Shown here: piece after piece, positions 12,660-25,480 of the stretch
Layout: every line of letters starts with the position of its first letter
Position numbering within the stretch: the stretch's first letter is position 1
Source of the DNA: Octopus bimaculoides
Lineage: Eukaryota
Direction of reading: 5' to 3'
Assembly (NCBI RefSeq): GCF_001194135.2
Contig: NC_068988.1
Location: forward strand, 68,935,345 to 68,999,344
Length of the DNA stretch: 64,000 nt
The notes under the pieces: generated by a model
Told to the model about the DNA's origin: nothing
Database searches by the model: none
The model's input: the letters and a program-made list of their open reading frames with translations, nothing else
Translations under genes and position numbers: made by a program

Positions 12660-12694
12660 GGATTATTTCCATCATATGATTTAGAAAATCAAAT
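12660..12694 (+). CDS. Candidate small exon (GLFPSYDLENQ), product unknown
   Basis: Acceptor ttttcggttttattttatag, donor gtacgt, one open frame (phase 0 to 2). Confidence 0.3.
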
Positions 12695-13859
12695 GTACGT
12701 TACTTATTTTCTGAATTTTTCAATACATTTGGGATTTACTATCTTCTTACTTAACCATTCTTAAAGATATAAAAGTATTAAAGAATTTTTTAATATGCGA
12801 AAACTAGAAACATATACAAGTGTTGTAGATAAGAATAAATTTGATGCTTTTATACACAAAGTCTACAAACAATAAAACTCATGTCACATTATTTTGTAAA
12901 ACAAACTGTGAGCTAACAGTTTGTCATTAAATTTCTCACAATTTACGTTGAACTTCACAGATATAACTATACATTTCTTAAACTTATTGTCCTATACCAG
13001 ATCTCCATGACTTCATATTATGTTTGAGGTAGGAATGCACCAAAGTAGTGCCTCACCACCACTTTGCTGTCTCCATTGTAACTTTATGGAACTTTTCACA
13101 ATTCATAGTGCTCTTACTGCCCAAACTTATACTTCAGTGTTACACTTAAAACATTCCTATATTATGACAACACAATAACTTCTTTTACCAAATGAGATTT
13201 TAATTCTGAAATGTCTGCCTCTTTGTTACTCTAGCATTTTACAAAAACAGCTTCTAGAAGTATTGTCTTGTAATTGGTGCTGTTAAGTAGCACTGATGAA
13301 TTCCATTTGACAGGCCAAGAGTGGTCAAACATGTTACAAATATGACATTCCTATGCTATTTGAAGACATGCAATATTAAGGACTATATTAAACAATGTCT
13401 TTTTTCAAGACTAAAGAACATGATTTAAAAGAGATTTGTGCTGTGTTCTGAATAGTGCTGTGTTCACATGTATTGTGTATATGCTATATATGAGTTGTAT
13501 ATGGGCTGTGTATGTTTTACTCTTATGACTTGATCAGCCATAACTGAATATGGATTTCTATTTATGTGTGAGTAAAGAGAGGATGGAGAAACTGATGAGA
13601 TAAAGAGAGGGAAAGAGTGAGAGAAAGACAGAAAAGAAAGAGATGATAAACTTGATTGTTAATGAGAATCAATATAATTATCAAGTATACAAATGGTTTG
13701 GGAAAACAACCTGATTTTTACTGAATTATATCATAGGTCAATGTGTGGTAAGAATTTGTTTCCTATCCACATGGTCTTCAGTTCAGTCCCACTGTATGGA
13801 AGCTTGGGAAAGTGTCTTGTACCATAGCTCAGTCACTTATCATTGCCTCCATGATGCCC

Positions 13860-14150
13860 TATGTTTGAAGGGTACTTTTTACATGCCATCAGCACAGGTG
13901 CAAAATATGTGACACTGGCATTGGCCATGACTATAATTTTACTTGGCTTCACTGGTCTTTTCAAGCACAGCATAACACCAAAGGTTTCAGTTCTATATCA
14001 TTGACTCTGTGAGGCCCAACAATTGAAGTTTATACTTCGCCACCTCATCCCATGTCTTTCTGGGGCTATCTCTTCCACAGGCTCCCTCCACAGTTAGAGA
14101 TAAACACTTCTTTACACAGCTGTCCTCATCCATATGCATAACATGACCAT
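13860..14150 (-). mobile_element. 5'-truncated RTE LINE 3' end
   Basis: Homologous to 31400-31600 (ORF2 C-terminus and start of 3' UTR). Confidence 0.65.
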
Positions 14151-14486
14151 GGGATAAATTAACCATATCAAATGTCTATACAGCAGTTTTTTACATTCTT
14201 TAATATATAACACACTGAGAATGGTATAAAAAGTGTTAGAGAACACCATCAGTTTTATTAAAAGCTTTATTGGATAATGTTTAGAATCCATATGAAAATG
14301 TTTGAGGACGTGAATTATTAAAAAAAATGAATGAATTTTAAAATGGCTTTAAAACTACAATGAGTGCATGGTCTGCATTTAACCACAATGAATATATATG
14401 CACTGAGGCTTAATTTAAGTGGTAGACTGAATTTGTCATTTGGTAATTAGCACTACCACCTGGCCCCCTTGGTGGACAAGACTTAC

Positions 14487-14511
14487 AGTCTAGAATATAA
14501 CTTTGATCAAG
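14487..14511 (-). CDS. Candidate 25 nt microexon (LDQSYILD), product unknown
   Basis: Acceptor ttttattctcttttctag, donor gtaagt, one open frame (phase 0 to 1). Confidence 0.35.
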
Positions 14512-14639
14512 CTAGAAAAGAGAATAAAACACCAACACCACAAGCACCAATAACAAAACAACAATCACAACAGCAATGATTAATTCAAATAGCTTGAGTT
14601 TTCTAAATTGTGTAGCATTTTTCAGCTTGCCTTAAATAT

Positions 14640-14830
14640 TGGCTTCAAATTTTGGCATAAGTCCAGCAAGTTAAGAAAGGGAGTAAATTGATTACATTGA
14701 CCCCAGTGCTCGACTGGTACTTATTTTATTGACCTGAAAAGGGATGACAAGCAATGTCAACCTCAGTGGAATTTGAACTCAGAATGTAAAGCTGAAAGAA
14801 ATGCTGCTCAGCACTTTGCCAGCTTGCTGC
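14640..14830 (-). mobile_element. tRNA-derived SINE, Meta-domain-like
   Basis: Minus strand contains TTCTGAGTTCAAATTCC...CATCCCTTTTCAGGTCAATAAAATAAGTACCAG, same family as 44300-44480. Confidence 0.7.
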
Positions 14831-15005
14831 ACTTGGCTTGCCATAGATATTAATACCATTGTTCATTCCCATTTTTACATATACTTTTGATGCTTGTTAT
14901 GGATTCCATGGATATGTTATTGAAGTATTGTTTTACAGCAGGGTGCTCTTCTTGACAATAATTCTTATCTGTTCTCCAAATAAGGGATTTTTTTATTCTA
15001 TGCAG

Positions 15006-15043
15006 CTTTGAAGGCATGAAACAAGCAGGCAATTTATTGACAG
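15006..15043 (+). CDS. Candidate small exon (FEGMKQAGNLLT), product unknown
   Basis: Acceptor ttttttattctatgcag, donor CAG|gtaaac; phase 2 to 1, compatible with 12660-12694. Confidence 0.3.
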
Positions 15044-15169
15044 GTAAACAGTCAACAGCAACATCACTCAAATGCCTTAACTTTCATACAAAGAAGCATT
15101 TGTAAATGAACACACAGACTCACACATATGCAAGCACACACACACATACATACATACATACATACATAC

Positions 15170-15850
15170 ATACATAAATCCTGGAGTTGATTTCTTCAGC
15201 TAAAAAGTGGTGCTACAGCATGGCTGCAGTCAAATGACTGAAACAAGTAAAAAAAATAAAATGTATACATACATATAGGCACATTGTAGCTGTGTGATAA
15301 GAAGCTTGCTTCTCAAACACATAGTTGTGGGTTCAGTCCCACTGTGTGGCACTTTGGGCAAGTATCTTCTACTATAGCTTCAGTGGATTTACTAGATGGG
15401 AACTGAAAAGAAGCCCATCATGTGTGTATGTGTGTATGTATTTATGTGTGTGTCTTTGTCTCTGCATTTGCCCCTCACCCACTATTGCTTGACAATCAAT
15501 GTTGGTGTGTTTATGTCCCTGTAACTGAGCAGTTCAGCAAAGAGTGACTGGTAAAATAAGTACTGGTCTTACAAAGAATAAGTCCTGGAATCGATTTCTT
15601 TGAATAAAAGGCAGTGCTCCAGCATGGCTGCAGTCAAATGATGGAAACAAGTAAAAAATAAAAGAATAAACGAATACATACATGCATACATACATACATA
15701 CATACATACATACATACATCCTCATACACTTGTCCAGGCTTGCATAGTCTTTTCTATGGACAGAAGCCCTTCTTGTTGCTGGGCTTTCTTTCATTTTCTA
15801 TCTACCAAAGTCACTCATGCAACTTTGGTCAGCCTGGGGCCACAGGAGAG
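15170..15850. mobile_element. SINE cluster (3' module, near-complete + copy 15280-15670, minus-strand head 15730-15850)
   Basis: Matches to the dominant SINE modules separated by (CATA)n. Confidence 0.7.
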
Positions 15851-16644
15851 GATAGGTCCCTAAGGTCATTGAATAAAATGTATGTAGTTTATAACTGCTT
15901 GTCTGTATATTGATTTATTTGTTTGTTTGTTTCTTGTTATTGCTGCCACTGCTGTTGTTGTTACTGTTTGTTGTTGCCTTAGTTGCTATGGTTCTTTCCT
16001 AAGTCAGTCATAATCAGGCATACCTATGACCAAAGCCCTCAAAATCTCACATCTTTCCAAGCTTATTTTGAAAGACACTACAGTATTCAATGTATCCTAG
16101 TCTGAACCACACTACAGTAACCAATGTTCCCTAGTGTAACTCAGACTACACTAGTCAATGTACCACTGTGTTTTTTTTTTTTAAGATATGGCCCATGCAT
16201 CAGTTTGTTTTTATATTGTTGCAGGTGTGGGTGCTTCCCAACCACATGGTCCTGGGTTCAGTCCCATTGTGAGGAACCTTGAGCAAGTGTCTTCTACTAT
16301 AGCCTCAGGCCGACCAAAGCCGTGTCAGTGGATTTGTTGGACAGAAATGGAAAGAAGCCTGTTTTATAAACATGTATATGTATATAGAAAGAAACCTGTT
16401 GTATGTATCTATATATATATATATGTGTGTGTGTGCATGTATATATACAGTAGCAGCCATTACATAAGTGTCAGTAAGAACAAGTGTATTGAAATATCTA
16501 TTACAGAAGTTTAAGAAAACGTTGAGACTAGATAGTTTACATATACTTAGATATATCTAATATCTATCTTTTGAGGAAATTTCAAGTGAATGGAATAAAT
16601 ATTTCGTAAGTTATGGGGAAATAAACAAATAATCTTCCAAACTG

Positions 16645-17745
16645 CAATGGCCAAAAAGTTAAGGGTCACTCAGAAAAATAATTAAAAATGGAACAAGAAC
16701 AAAAAAGAAACCCTTACTATTAATATTTTGTGAACATCCCTTTACTATCAATGACCTCCTGACTTCTGTTATCACAGGACTGAATTAATTTCTTATAAAA
16801 TAATGAAGTAATATTGTTCCATTCGTCTTTCAATACCTCCCAGATTTCATCTTGATTCTTTGGATTTCTCCTTCGTGCCCCATCTCCAATTTTCCAAACG
16901 TTTTCTATAGGGTTGAGATCGGGACTTTGAGGTGGCAGTCCATGAGATTAACCTCATCCTCACACAAAAAAATCATTGATCCTCTTCGCAGTGTGACAGG
17001 GAGCGTTTTCATGCACGAAGATAGGAGGTTGAACCGATGATGATTGGAGATGTGAAAGGGCATGCTGTCTAAGAATCTGCTTGTAGATTTCAGCATTGAC
17101 AGTGCCTTGTAGGTGAATAAGTGGATGAGGACCAGCAGCAGAGATCACTCCCCTTACCATTACACTGCCTCCTCCATATTTCACTGCCTTCTTCATACAT
17201 GCACGGGATAACCTTTCGCCACTTCTTTATCAGGCGTACATCCTGCCATCAGAACCAATCACATTAAACTTCGATTCATCGCTAAAATGAACCTGTGACC
17301 ACTGTTCTGTCCAAACGATATGTTCATTAACAAAACGAAGACAGGCTCTTTGATTCTTCTTGGAGATCAGAGGTTTCTTTTCCAGTGTCCGAGCAAGCAA
17401 CCCAGAACCACATAACCTCCGAGAAACTGTTTTGCATGATACACTGACATTGCAAGTGGAACTAAACTCATGGAATTTCCCAGTAGCACTCATGAGCCTA
17501 TCCTTCAGTGACTTTCTAACCATCATACAATCCTGTCTTGGTGATGTTTTATGAGGTCTACCAGTTTTGGGTTTAGCATCTGTCAATCCTAATGACTTAA
17601 AACAAGTTACAATTCATTGCACAACACTTCAAGACCTTCCTACAGAAGTTGCTATTACAGAATTTGACTTGTCCTCTTGGTGAAGGCACACAATCTTTTG
17701 TTTTTCATCACAGGACACTGGTCGTCTCTCACAAGCCGCCTGCAA
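16645..17745 (-). mobile_element. Tc1-family (DD34E-like) transposase relic
   Basis: Frameshifted pieces: GRPHKTSPRQD...KPLISKKNQRACLRFVNEH...VHFSDESKFN; VKYGGGSVMV...NAPCHTAK; PQSPDLNPIENVWK; TIR-like CAATGGCCAAAAAGTTAAGGGTCAC at ~16645. Confidence 0.88.
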
Positions 17746-17931
17746 TTTGGAAGATTGTTTATTTCCTCATAATTTATGAAATCTTTATTCAATTACTTGA
17801 ATTTTTTATGAATGATAGATATTAGATAGATCTAAATATGTGTAAAGTATCTAGTCTCAACATATTGTTAATCTGCTATAATAACTATTTCAATACACTT
17901 GTTCTTAATGACCCTTATATTATGCCTGCTA

Positions 17932-17989
<58 letters not shown>

Positions 17990-17999
<10 letters not shown>

Positions 18000-18220
18000 T
18001 TCTGTGTCTTTGTGTCTGTGTCTGCACCCTGCCACCACTTGACAACCAGTGTTGGTGAGTTTACATCCCTATAACTTAGCAATTCAGAAAAAGAAATGAA
18101 CACAAATAAGTACCAGGCCTTAAAAGAAAAAATGTTTTGGGGTTGATTCAATCAGCTAAAAATTCTTCAAGATGGGGCCTCTGCAGTCTAATGCCTGAAA
18201 CAAGGAAAAGATAAATAATA
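17990..18220 (+). mobile_element. SINE 3' half following (TA)n
   Basis: Matches 3' module; no head upstream of the TA tract. Confidence 0.7.
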
Positions 18221-19776
18221 AAAATAAAGATCATAGTCTAATTTTGGCTGCTATTTCACCCACGTCAAGTGATACTGCAGAGGCCCCATTTTTTTTCAAA
18301 ATCATATTAAAAATTTCTAAACTGAAATATAGTTATAATATAACTATAATTATAGACATAATACAGAATAGAAAAATAACTACAATGATTTATATAAATA
18401 TAATATGAAATATAAATCAAGTTACTCTGTATTCATAAAATATTGGCTTCTGGCTGGATTTCACATACAAAATAGCATAGCAAATTCCAGGAGAGTCTGG
18501 TTCTTTGTTTTTTGTCTGATCCCTAGATTACATCAGCTTAGTATATTCTTGCTAAATAACTTTTGTGCTGTCTTTAATCCTTAAATTACATGAATGAAAC
18601 ATATAGCATGACAATAAGACCTTTGTCTTCACCTTCTTACAGCATCAGATCAATGACTGAACCCTAGTGACTCTCTCGATAAAAAGCATGTGATAAGATG
18701 ATCATGGAATTTTCAGGAGAGAAAACGAGACTGATTTCACATTGCCTTCCTTAAAGTATTGTCACCAGACACCATTATGTTGATTATATGTATCTGAAGG
18801 AGGAGGAGGAGAATAAGAAGAACAACAGTAACAAATGATCTCAGTACTTGACATCTATTTCTTGACTTCAAAAAGAGGAAATTCATAATTGATTTTCACA
18901 AGATTTGAACTTAGAGCAGAGGGAACCAGAGCATATACTACCAGGATTCTCTCCAACACTCTGTTTGGTCTACCAGTTTACCACCTTCAATTTTTCCCTA
19001 AAATAATACTTATATCTCATTATTTTAACATGGATCATATGCATCTAATTAAACATAGCATTCTCTTTACCAGTTGAACCAATACCTCCTCATGTCTTAT
19101 TGCTTGGTGAAATAATGAGGCATTATTCAGTATTATATATTCTAGACATTAAATAATACCAAAAAAATTATTCTTCAAGCTACTACTCTTGGTGAACACT
19201 TTGGATGTCTCTCTGTTCTCATTAAGCCAATCCCATTACTCTTTACTGTCCATACAACTACATAAACATGAGAGTAAGTACATACATATACATGTGTGTG
19301 TGTGTAGTATTTGTGCATATGTGTATGTATGTCAGTATGTATATCTCTCTGTGTGTATTCAGCATACAGCTGTATGGAAAAGTGAAGTCAAAATTGCTAT
19401 TATTATTATTATTATTATATTTATATTCACCATGTGTGTGCTTACATATATAATAAAATACTATTATTATTTCTAATAAATACTGAAAATGCAGCTGTCT
19501 CTGTCATTTCTTCAGCACAATAAACTCTGATATAGCAATATTTCTGCAGGTCTACATTATACCTTGTGTTGTTACAATTATTTTCCACCAAACTCACTTC
19601 ATGTTGAAATTAAGCTACTTGAAACAATGAAAAGAATCATATATTTATATTTTCATATGTGCATGTATATATAAATCCACACAAACACGCATCTACATAT
19701 ACACAGAGATACGTGCGAGTGTCTGCATTGCATGTCTGTATATAAAAATTAGAATATGTTCTGTTTACACACTCAC

Positions 19777-19825
19777 AGAAACAGGACTCTGGAGGTGTGA
19801 GAGCTGATTTCACGATGAATTCAAA
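19777..19825 (-). CDS. Candidate exon (FEFIVKSALTPPESCF), product unknown
   Basis: Donor gtgagt; acceptor cagtctagtag is weak; phase 0 to 1. Confidence 0.2.
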
Positions 19826-19959
19826 CTACTAGACTGTTGCAAGACAAGTACAAACAGCACACACCGCACTATTGGCATTATCACAGTGCTAACATCATTC
19901 ATCATAACCTTCACATTTCCACTATAGCAATAGCCTTATCGATGGTCAGATATAGCTTT

Positions 19960-20370
19960 TATTCGCTTCAGTTACTGGACTGCAGCTATGCTGGGGACAC
20001 CACCTTGAATACTGGGGTGAAAGAAATTGAATATTGGGGGTCAAACGAATTGATCCCTGTATTTAACATTTTAAGTCTGGTACTTATTTGGTTGGTCTCT
20101 GTTGCTAAACTGCTAAGCTGAAGGGAGGTAAACAAACCAACACCTGTTCTAAAACTTTGGTGGAGAGCAAATGCAACATAAAGACACACAAACACACCCA
20201 CGCACACACGATGGGTTTCTTTCTGTTTCTGTCTGCAAAAAACAAAATCCACTCACAAGACTTTGGTCAGCCTTGGTCTATGCCCAAGGTGCTGCACTGT
20301 AGAACTGAACTCAAGATGACATGGTTAGGAAGCAAGCTTCTCAACTTTACAGCCTTACCAGCACCCATAT
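19960..20370 (-). mobile_element. CORE-type SINE, near complete
   Basis: Head, CA tract and 3' module in correct minus-strand order. Confidence 0.75.
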
Positions 20371-21286
20371 AACTGACATACAACTAATATAGAACTGCGA
20401 TAATTCTAATAATTATTAACCCTACAAATGTACATTATTCTATATCACCATAGTGATTCTGTCATTAATTGAGGTGCCCCAATAAGACTGAGACATTTCC
20501 AATATTGTGTTTGCCCCCCACCCCCATACATAACAAGATCTTTTTAAATAACATTATTTACTGAGCCAATGTTCTTATCTTCTTAAGTTTTCTTCTCTTC
20601 ATAGCAATACATAGTGATTCCTCTATTTGTTTCAATGATGAGTATTCAACTGTTGGGCTAAGTGATTTTTCTACTTGAGGAAATTATTGTCTAAGTGGCT
20701 CAGTATTCTACAGTCATGAATATCTATTATGTAATTCCCAGGTAGAATCAGTGAGACATGTGAAAAAGATGAACCTTTGAATTACAGGTGAAAGAGAGAT
20801 ACAGAAAGAGAACTGATCTTAGTAATGCAGCGGTGCTTACATTTTGAACTCTCAAAAGGAAGAAAGGTAAAATTGCTATCAACAGGATTTGAAGTCAAAA
20901 TGAGGTGAAATGGGACAAATACTACAAGGTGTTTCACTCAATGGTCCAAGAATTCTAACACTATGTCACCTGACTACATTAAATATGACAGAACTAACTA
21001 AACTTTTAATTTAGTTACGTAGAATAAGTCATGTGAAATGTGGGTTAAAACTATATGAATTGTACCTGCTTTGTTTACTTATCATTTACCATCCATCACA
21101 CACCAGCACTTAATATAGCTCAATATGGTGTTCTGTGTATTGTTGTTGCTGTTGTGTGTTGTCATTGTTGTTGTTCTTGTTTAGCCTCAAGTCAGCTCTG
21201 ACCAACCAATCCTACAAGACAATTTGCTATACACGCAATATTGTATCACAAATTTTTGTTGCATTGTATAAAATATAAGTGCAATA

Positions 21287-21515
21287 TTAACCCTTTAACC
21301 CTGCAAAATTAGATTTCATGGTTATTCCAGTAATGATGTGAAATATCTACCAACTAAATCAGTATTTTCTGCAAGTCATGTTATCTCAATAAAAAATAGT
21401 TCCAAACATGACATTCCTTAACAAAAGATGGATTAATATATAAATCTACTTTCCACAGATTAGGGTAATGAAATTTTGAGTGGATACATCTGATTTCCAC
21501 AGTAAAAGGGTGAAT
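21287..21515. mobile_element. Degenerate TTAA-type MITE
   Basis: TTAACCCTTTAAC start and GTAAAAGGGTGAA end, ~230 bp, like the 59905-60463 pair. Confidence 0.4.
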
Positions 21516-23404
21516 GTTTTTAATGCATTTTTACATTCTGATTTCAAATTCTGCAAAAGTCATGTTGCTCTGTAATCTTCTAGGATCAATAAACTGAGTA
21601 CCAGTAATATTCAATGATCTGTAAAATTTCTTCTCTAACTATATAACCTGTGCCAATGTTACGAATCATTATTCTTGTTGTTTAAACCCTGGCCAGTTCT
21701 GACTGAACAAAATTATAATTAATGTTAACCCTGCTATGATCAGTTTGAGCTGTATAATTTTAAATATAATGCCTCAATAATCAATTATGATGACTCTAAT
21801 TATTCTTAATGTGTCTGTAATTATTGGTAATGTTTGATTTAATGTCTTAATTATTCATAACGTCAGTAGCATATGGTTTAAGAGTGGTTTGGTTGCTATT
21901 TCTAGCTGTCTGAGTGACCATGCACAGGCTCTTACATACTTCACTCAGTATTTGTTATTTCTTGTTTAGCTCTAGGTCAAATCCTATCAGGCAGACAAAT
22001 AACCAAAGATATTTTAGCCAAGACCATACAGTCATTTGGAATATCAAGGCAATAAGCTGGTAAAATATGGATATTATGTGGGGAAAAGGGTATCCCACAT
22101 GCTCCCAGAATAATTACTACATGGTCTTTGAAACTGGGGTCAGAAGTAGTGAAGAAATTATACTCATGGTGCTCAGATCGGAGATCTTGTCTAGTTGTTT
22201 CTAACAGAGTAGGTGTCACTAAAGTTATACAACAACCAGGTGATGTTAAACTGATGGTGGATTAAGCATACCATCATCAAAGACAGTCTGTCTGAAGGGT
22301 TCCTCTCCTCAAAAGGTTTCATGTGGTCAGATCAATCTTTAGAACACATGATTTCAAAGGAAATTTCTTAGTCACACAGCCATTCTTGCTTAAGTTTCGT
22401 TTTTGAAAATGAAGATAGTGTTGCAAATATCATTTCACAGAGATTTATTTATATGCTGTGCTGGTAACATAAACTGCAACTATGCAAATTTTCTAACTTC
22501 AGTACTGTGTTATACATATAAAGATACATACATATTAACATGAATGTGTCAAGGATATTCTTAACACATAAAGACACATACATACTAAATACAAATGTAT
22601 CAATGGAATTTTATACACATTAGGATACATACAGAGCAAATATTGATATTTCAATGCTATTCTGTACACATAAAGATGCAGACATACAGACAAAATTAGC
22701 ATTTAGATTTCATCCTCAACTTTGTTTGACAGTTAACCAGATTTCATTCATAATTTTGTTTTTTATTTTTCATTTTACTTAATCAAAACAAATTCAATCA
22801 TCGTTTGACTTATTCCTGATAGATTTTTATTTAATTTGTTGTTGTTGTTATTTAAATTATTTTTCACACTTAGGCAATATCATGACATGTTATTTAAATA
22901 TTCAATTTGAGTTTACCACTGATTCAATATGATGAATATCTTTTTTTTACATAAAGAGTTTTAATGATAATTAATTAATATAGTTTTAAGAACTTCTGTT
23001 GTTTCTCTTTGCATTTTTGATTAAACATTTATTTGCTTACATATAATTTTTTGCTATTTCTAAAAATTTGTGTGTGCATCTCTCTCTCTCTCTCACTCTT
23101 TACACAAACACACACACACACACACATACTTGACAGATTTTATTTTACACCATCTCAGTTCTGTATGTTACATTCCACATTAACACATACACTCTTGAAA
23201 GTTACAACATTTGCATTAATTGTCAAAGCAATCTTTTTTTTTTTTCCTAAAATATTCTTCATTCCTCTCTTCAAAAATGTCAAAAGCCACTTGAAAGTTA
23301 AACTCCTGAATCATGAAGTGCTATCACTTCTGTAGTGAAATTACTTTTTAAAGTTAGTTACAGTTATGGTGATTCATTCTTTTTCATAATCTTACAACAT
23401 CAAC

Positions 23405-23488
23405 CTTCTGACATTCCCCATGGTTTCCTTGCATGTTCGTCATATGGTTGTCCATGAGGAATATCAGTCACATTCATGTCTTTAGGGT
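23405..23488 (-). CDS. Candidate exon (PKDMNVTDIPHGQPYDEHARKPWGMSE), product unknown
   Basis: Acceptor ttacctttgcag; 84 nt open frame richer in GC than its flanks; donor gttgat, or gtaaga 9 nt further (alternative reading MDNHMTNMQGNHGECQKVDV). Confidence 0.4.
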
Positions 23489-24223
23489 CTGCAAAGGTAA
23501 TTAACAGAACCCATTCTTCCAGATCAAATCATATAAGAAAAATGAATAAATAAGAAGAGCTATTTATTCTTTAGAGATATTTTGCATTAATAATTATATT
23601 TCAATTTTTTTAAAATTTACCTTTAAGACTTCATTGAAATTGCTTAACAAGTTAGTTTCATCAATTATGAAGACATTATTTCGTATTTTACATTACAACT
23701 ACCAAATCACTGATCTGATGTTAAAGCATTAATGTATAGGTAGACACTATGTAGACACTTAATCTCAGAGAAATAGCAGCTAAGTGTCCCTCAGGTTTAA
23801 TACTAACATCTGTAAAAGGGAGAGGCACATTTTATCTACAATTTTCAATTCAGGACACACTGTGTAATGTGGTAAAAATGCCATCATGATAATTTTTTCC
23901 TAAACATTGAAGGAAATATGTAATGCTGCTACTGCTTCTCAAAATTGCCCCAAAGAACTGAATTCAATTGCTGATTCAGTGAGGTCATCTTAAAGGGCAC
24001 ATTGCCATTTTGTATCTTACACAAATCACAATACAAATGCTGCTAATGATGGTATGCCTCTTTACACATATTTCCTCACTAACATGATCAACAATTGCAT
24101 GCATTCCCTTCTGAATTCTATTACACACTATAAATTATATCTTTCAATCCATTCAAAATACAAGAAATTCTACAAATAACAAATACATGATTATATATTT
24201 CAATCTCATGAATTTTACTTCAG

Positions 24224-24249
24224 GACTGAATGATGAACAATTTTCTCAG
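24224..24249 (+). CDS. Candidate 26 nt exon (GLNDEQFSQ)
   Basis: Acceptor aattttacttcag, donor CAG|gttttg; phase 1 to 0, compatible with 15006-15043. Confidence 0.25.
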
Positions 24250-24369
24250 GTTTTGCTAAATATTAACCTTGCAAAAATATTCTTCCTATATAAAAATGTT
24301 TATCAGCCAAACACATATACAATGATATGGTGATATGGGTCTCAATTTTTTTTCTACATGCTGATGCCA

Positions 24370-24545
24370 TCTAAAAACCCCCAGAACACTCTGTAAGGTG
24401 GTTGGTATTATGAAGGGCACCCAGCCAAGCCAAATTGGCCCAGAACCTTGTACAACTTTCCATCTTGTCAGCTCTTGTTAAACTGTTCAACCTATGCCGG
24501 CATGGAAAACAGACCTTAAATGATGATGATGATGATGATGACAAC
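24370..24545 (+). mobile_element. RTE-tail/V-domain-like element
   Basis: GTGGTTGGTATTATGAAGGGCACCCAGCC...CATGGAAAACAGACC-TTAAA(TGA)n. Confidence 0.7.
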
Positions 24546-24771
24546 GACGATTGACACATTGAAATGAAGTTTTAAATGATTGATCATATTGATACATTTC
24601 TATGAAAATTTTTTGATTATCTTTTGAGAACCTGACAAGGTTTGATTTCATTTTTAGTAAAATGTTATTAAACCTCATAAATCTTAATATAAAGGTTCAT
24701 TTTTCTTCTTGTTTATTGTTCTACATGAATACTTCCATATGGATTGCCTGAGAGAAGAACAAGGTGCTTAC

Positions 24772-24815
24772 AGCTGGAAAGTTTTTCATCAGAGTTCTGT
24801 TTGATAATGTTTGAT
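24772..24815 (-). CDS. Candidate 44 nt exon (SNIIKQNSDEKLSS or QTLSNRTLMKNFPA)
   Basis: Acceptor tttttttaactccag, donor gtaagc; two open frames, one phase-compatible with 23405-23488. Confidence 0.35.
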
Positions 24816-25124
24816 CTGGAGTTAAAAAAACAATATGAAAACAACTTGGTATCCAATTTACAGCTGACTTAAACAAAGGAAACGAAACAATTTTGCCTAA
24901 AGATGCAAATCATTAAATTTCCAATCCCCTTAAACTCATGACAATTTTGATCAGGAAACACTTGTACTTATATTTGTGATTGCTAACAATTTGATTCATT
25001 TAATATTAACCCTTCATTTCCTAATGTTTTACCATACGACACATTTTTTTTTCAATGTTTACCTAATTGATATTTTCTTGCTGTCACATTTTTATTATGA
25101 CACTTATCTGCCCTTGCCTAGTGG

Positions 25125-25480
25125 AAGCGCAATGGCCCAGTGGTTAGGGCAGTGGACTCGCGGTCATAAGATCGCGGTTTCGATTCCCAGACCAGGCGTT
25201 GTGAGTGTTTATTGAGTGAAAACACCTAAAGCTCCATGAGGCTCTGGCAGGGGATGGTGGCGAACCCTGCTGTACTCTTTCATCACAACTTTCTCTCACT
25301 CTTTCTTCCTGTTTCTGTTGTGCCTTGTCACACTCTGTGTCACGCTGAATATCCCCGAGAACTACATTAAGGGTACACATGTTGGTGGAGTGCTCAGCCA
25401 CATGCACATTAATTTCACGAGCAGGCTGTTCCGTTGATCGGATCAACTGGAACCCTCAACGTCGTAAGCGATGGAGTGCC
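25125..25480 (+). mobile_element. tRNA-derived SINE, distinct and well-preserved family
   Basis: GCGCAATGGCCCAGTGGTTAGGGCAGTGGACTCGCGGTCATAAGATCGCGGTTTCGATTCCCAGACC has clear A and B boxes, followed by ~280 bp body with retained CpGs. Confidence 0.8.

Noticed and set aside
13024-13056. TGAGGTAG let-7-like seed with weak hairpin
   Set aside because: The rest of the mature sequence does not match let-7 and the stem is too short for a pre-miRNA.
21977-22219. 80 aa minus-strand ORF
   Set aside because: No recognisable motif, weak splice context, adjacent to repeat-like sequence.
24700-24810. Plus-strand HEYFH (HExxH) metalloprotease-like motif
   Set aside because: Short frame without a convincing acceptor; overlaps a better-supported minus-strand candidate exon.
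25125-25200. Possible genuine tRNA gene
   Set aside because: No 3' acceptor strand or terminator; continues into a SINE body.
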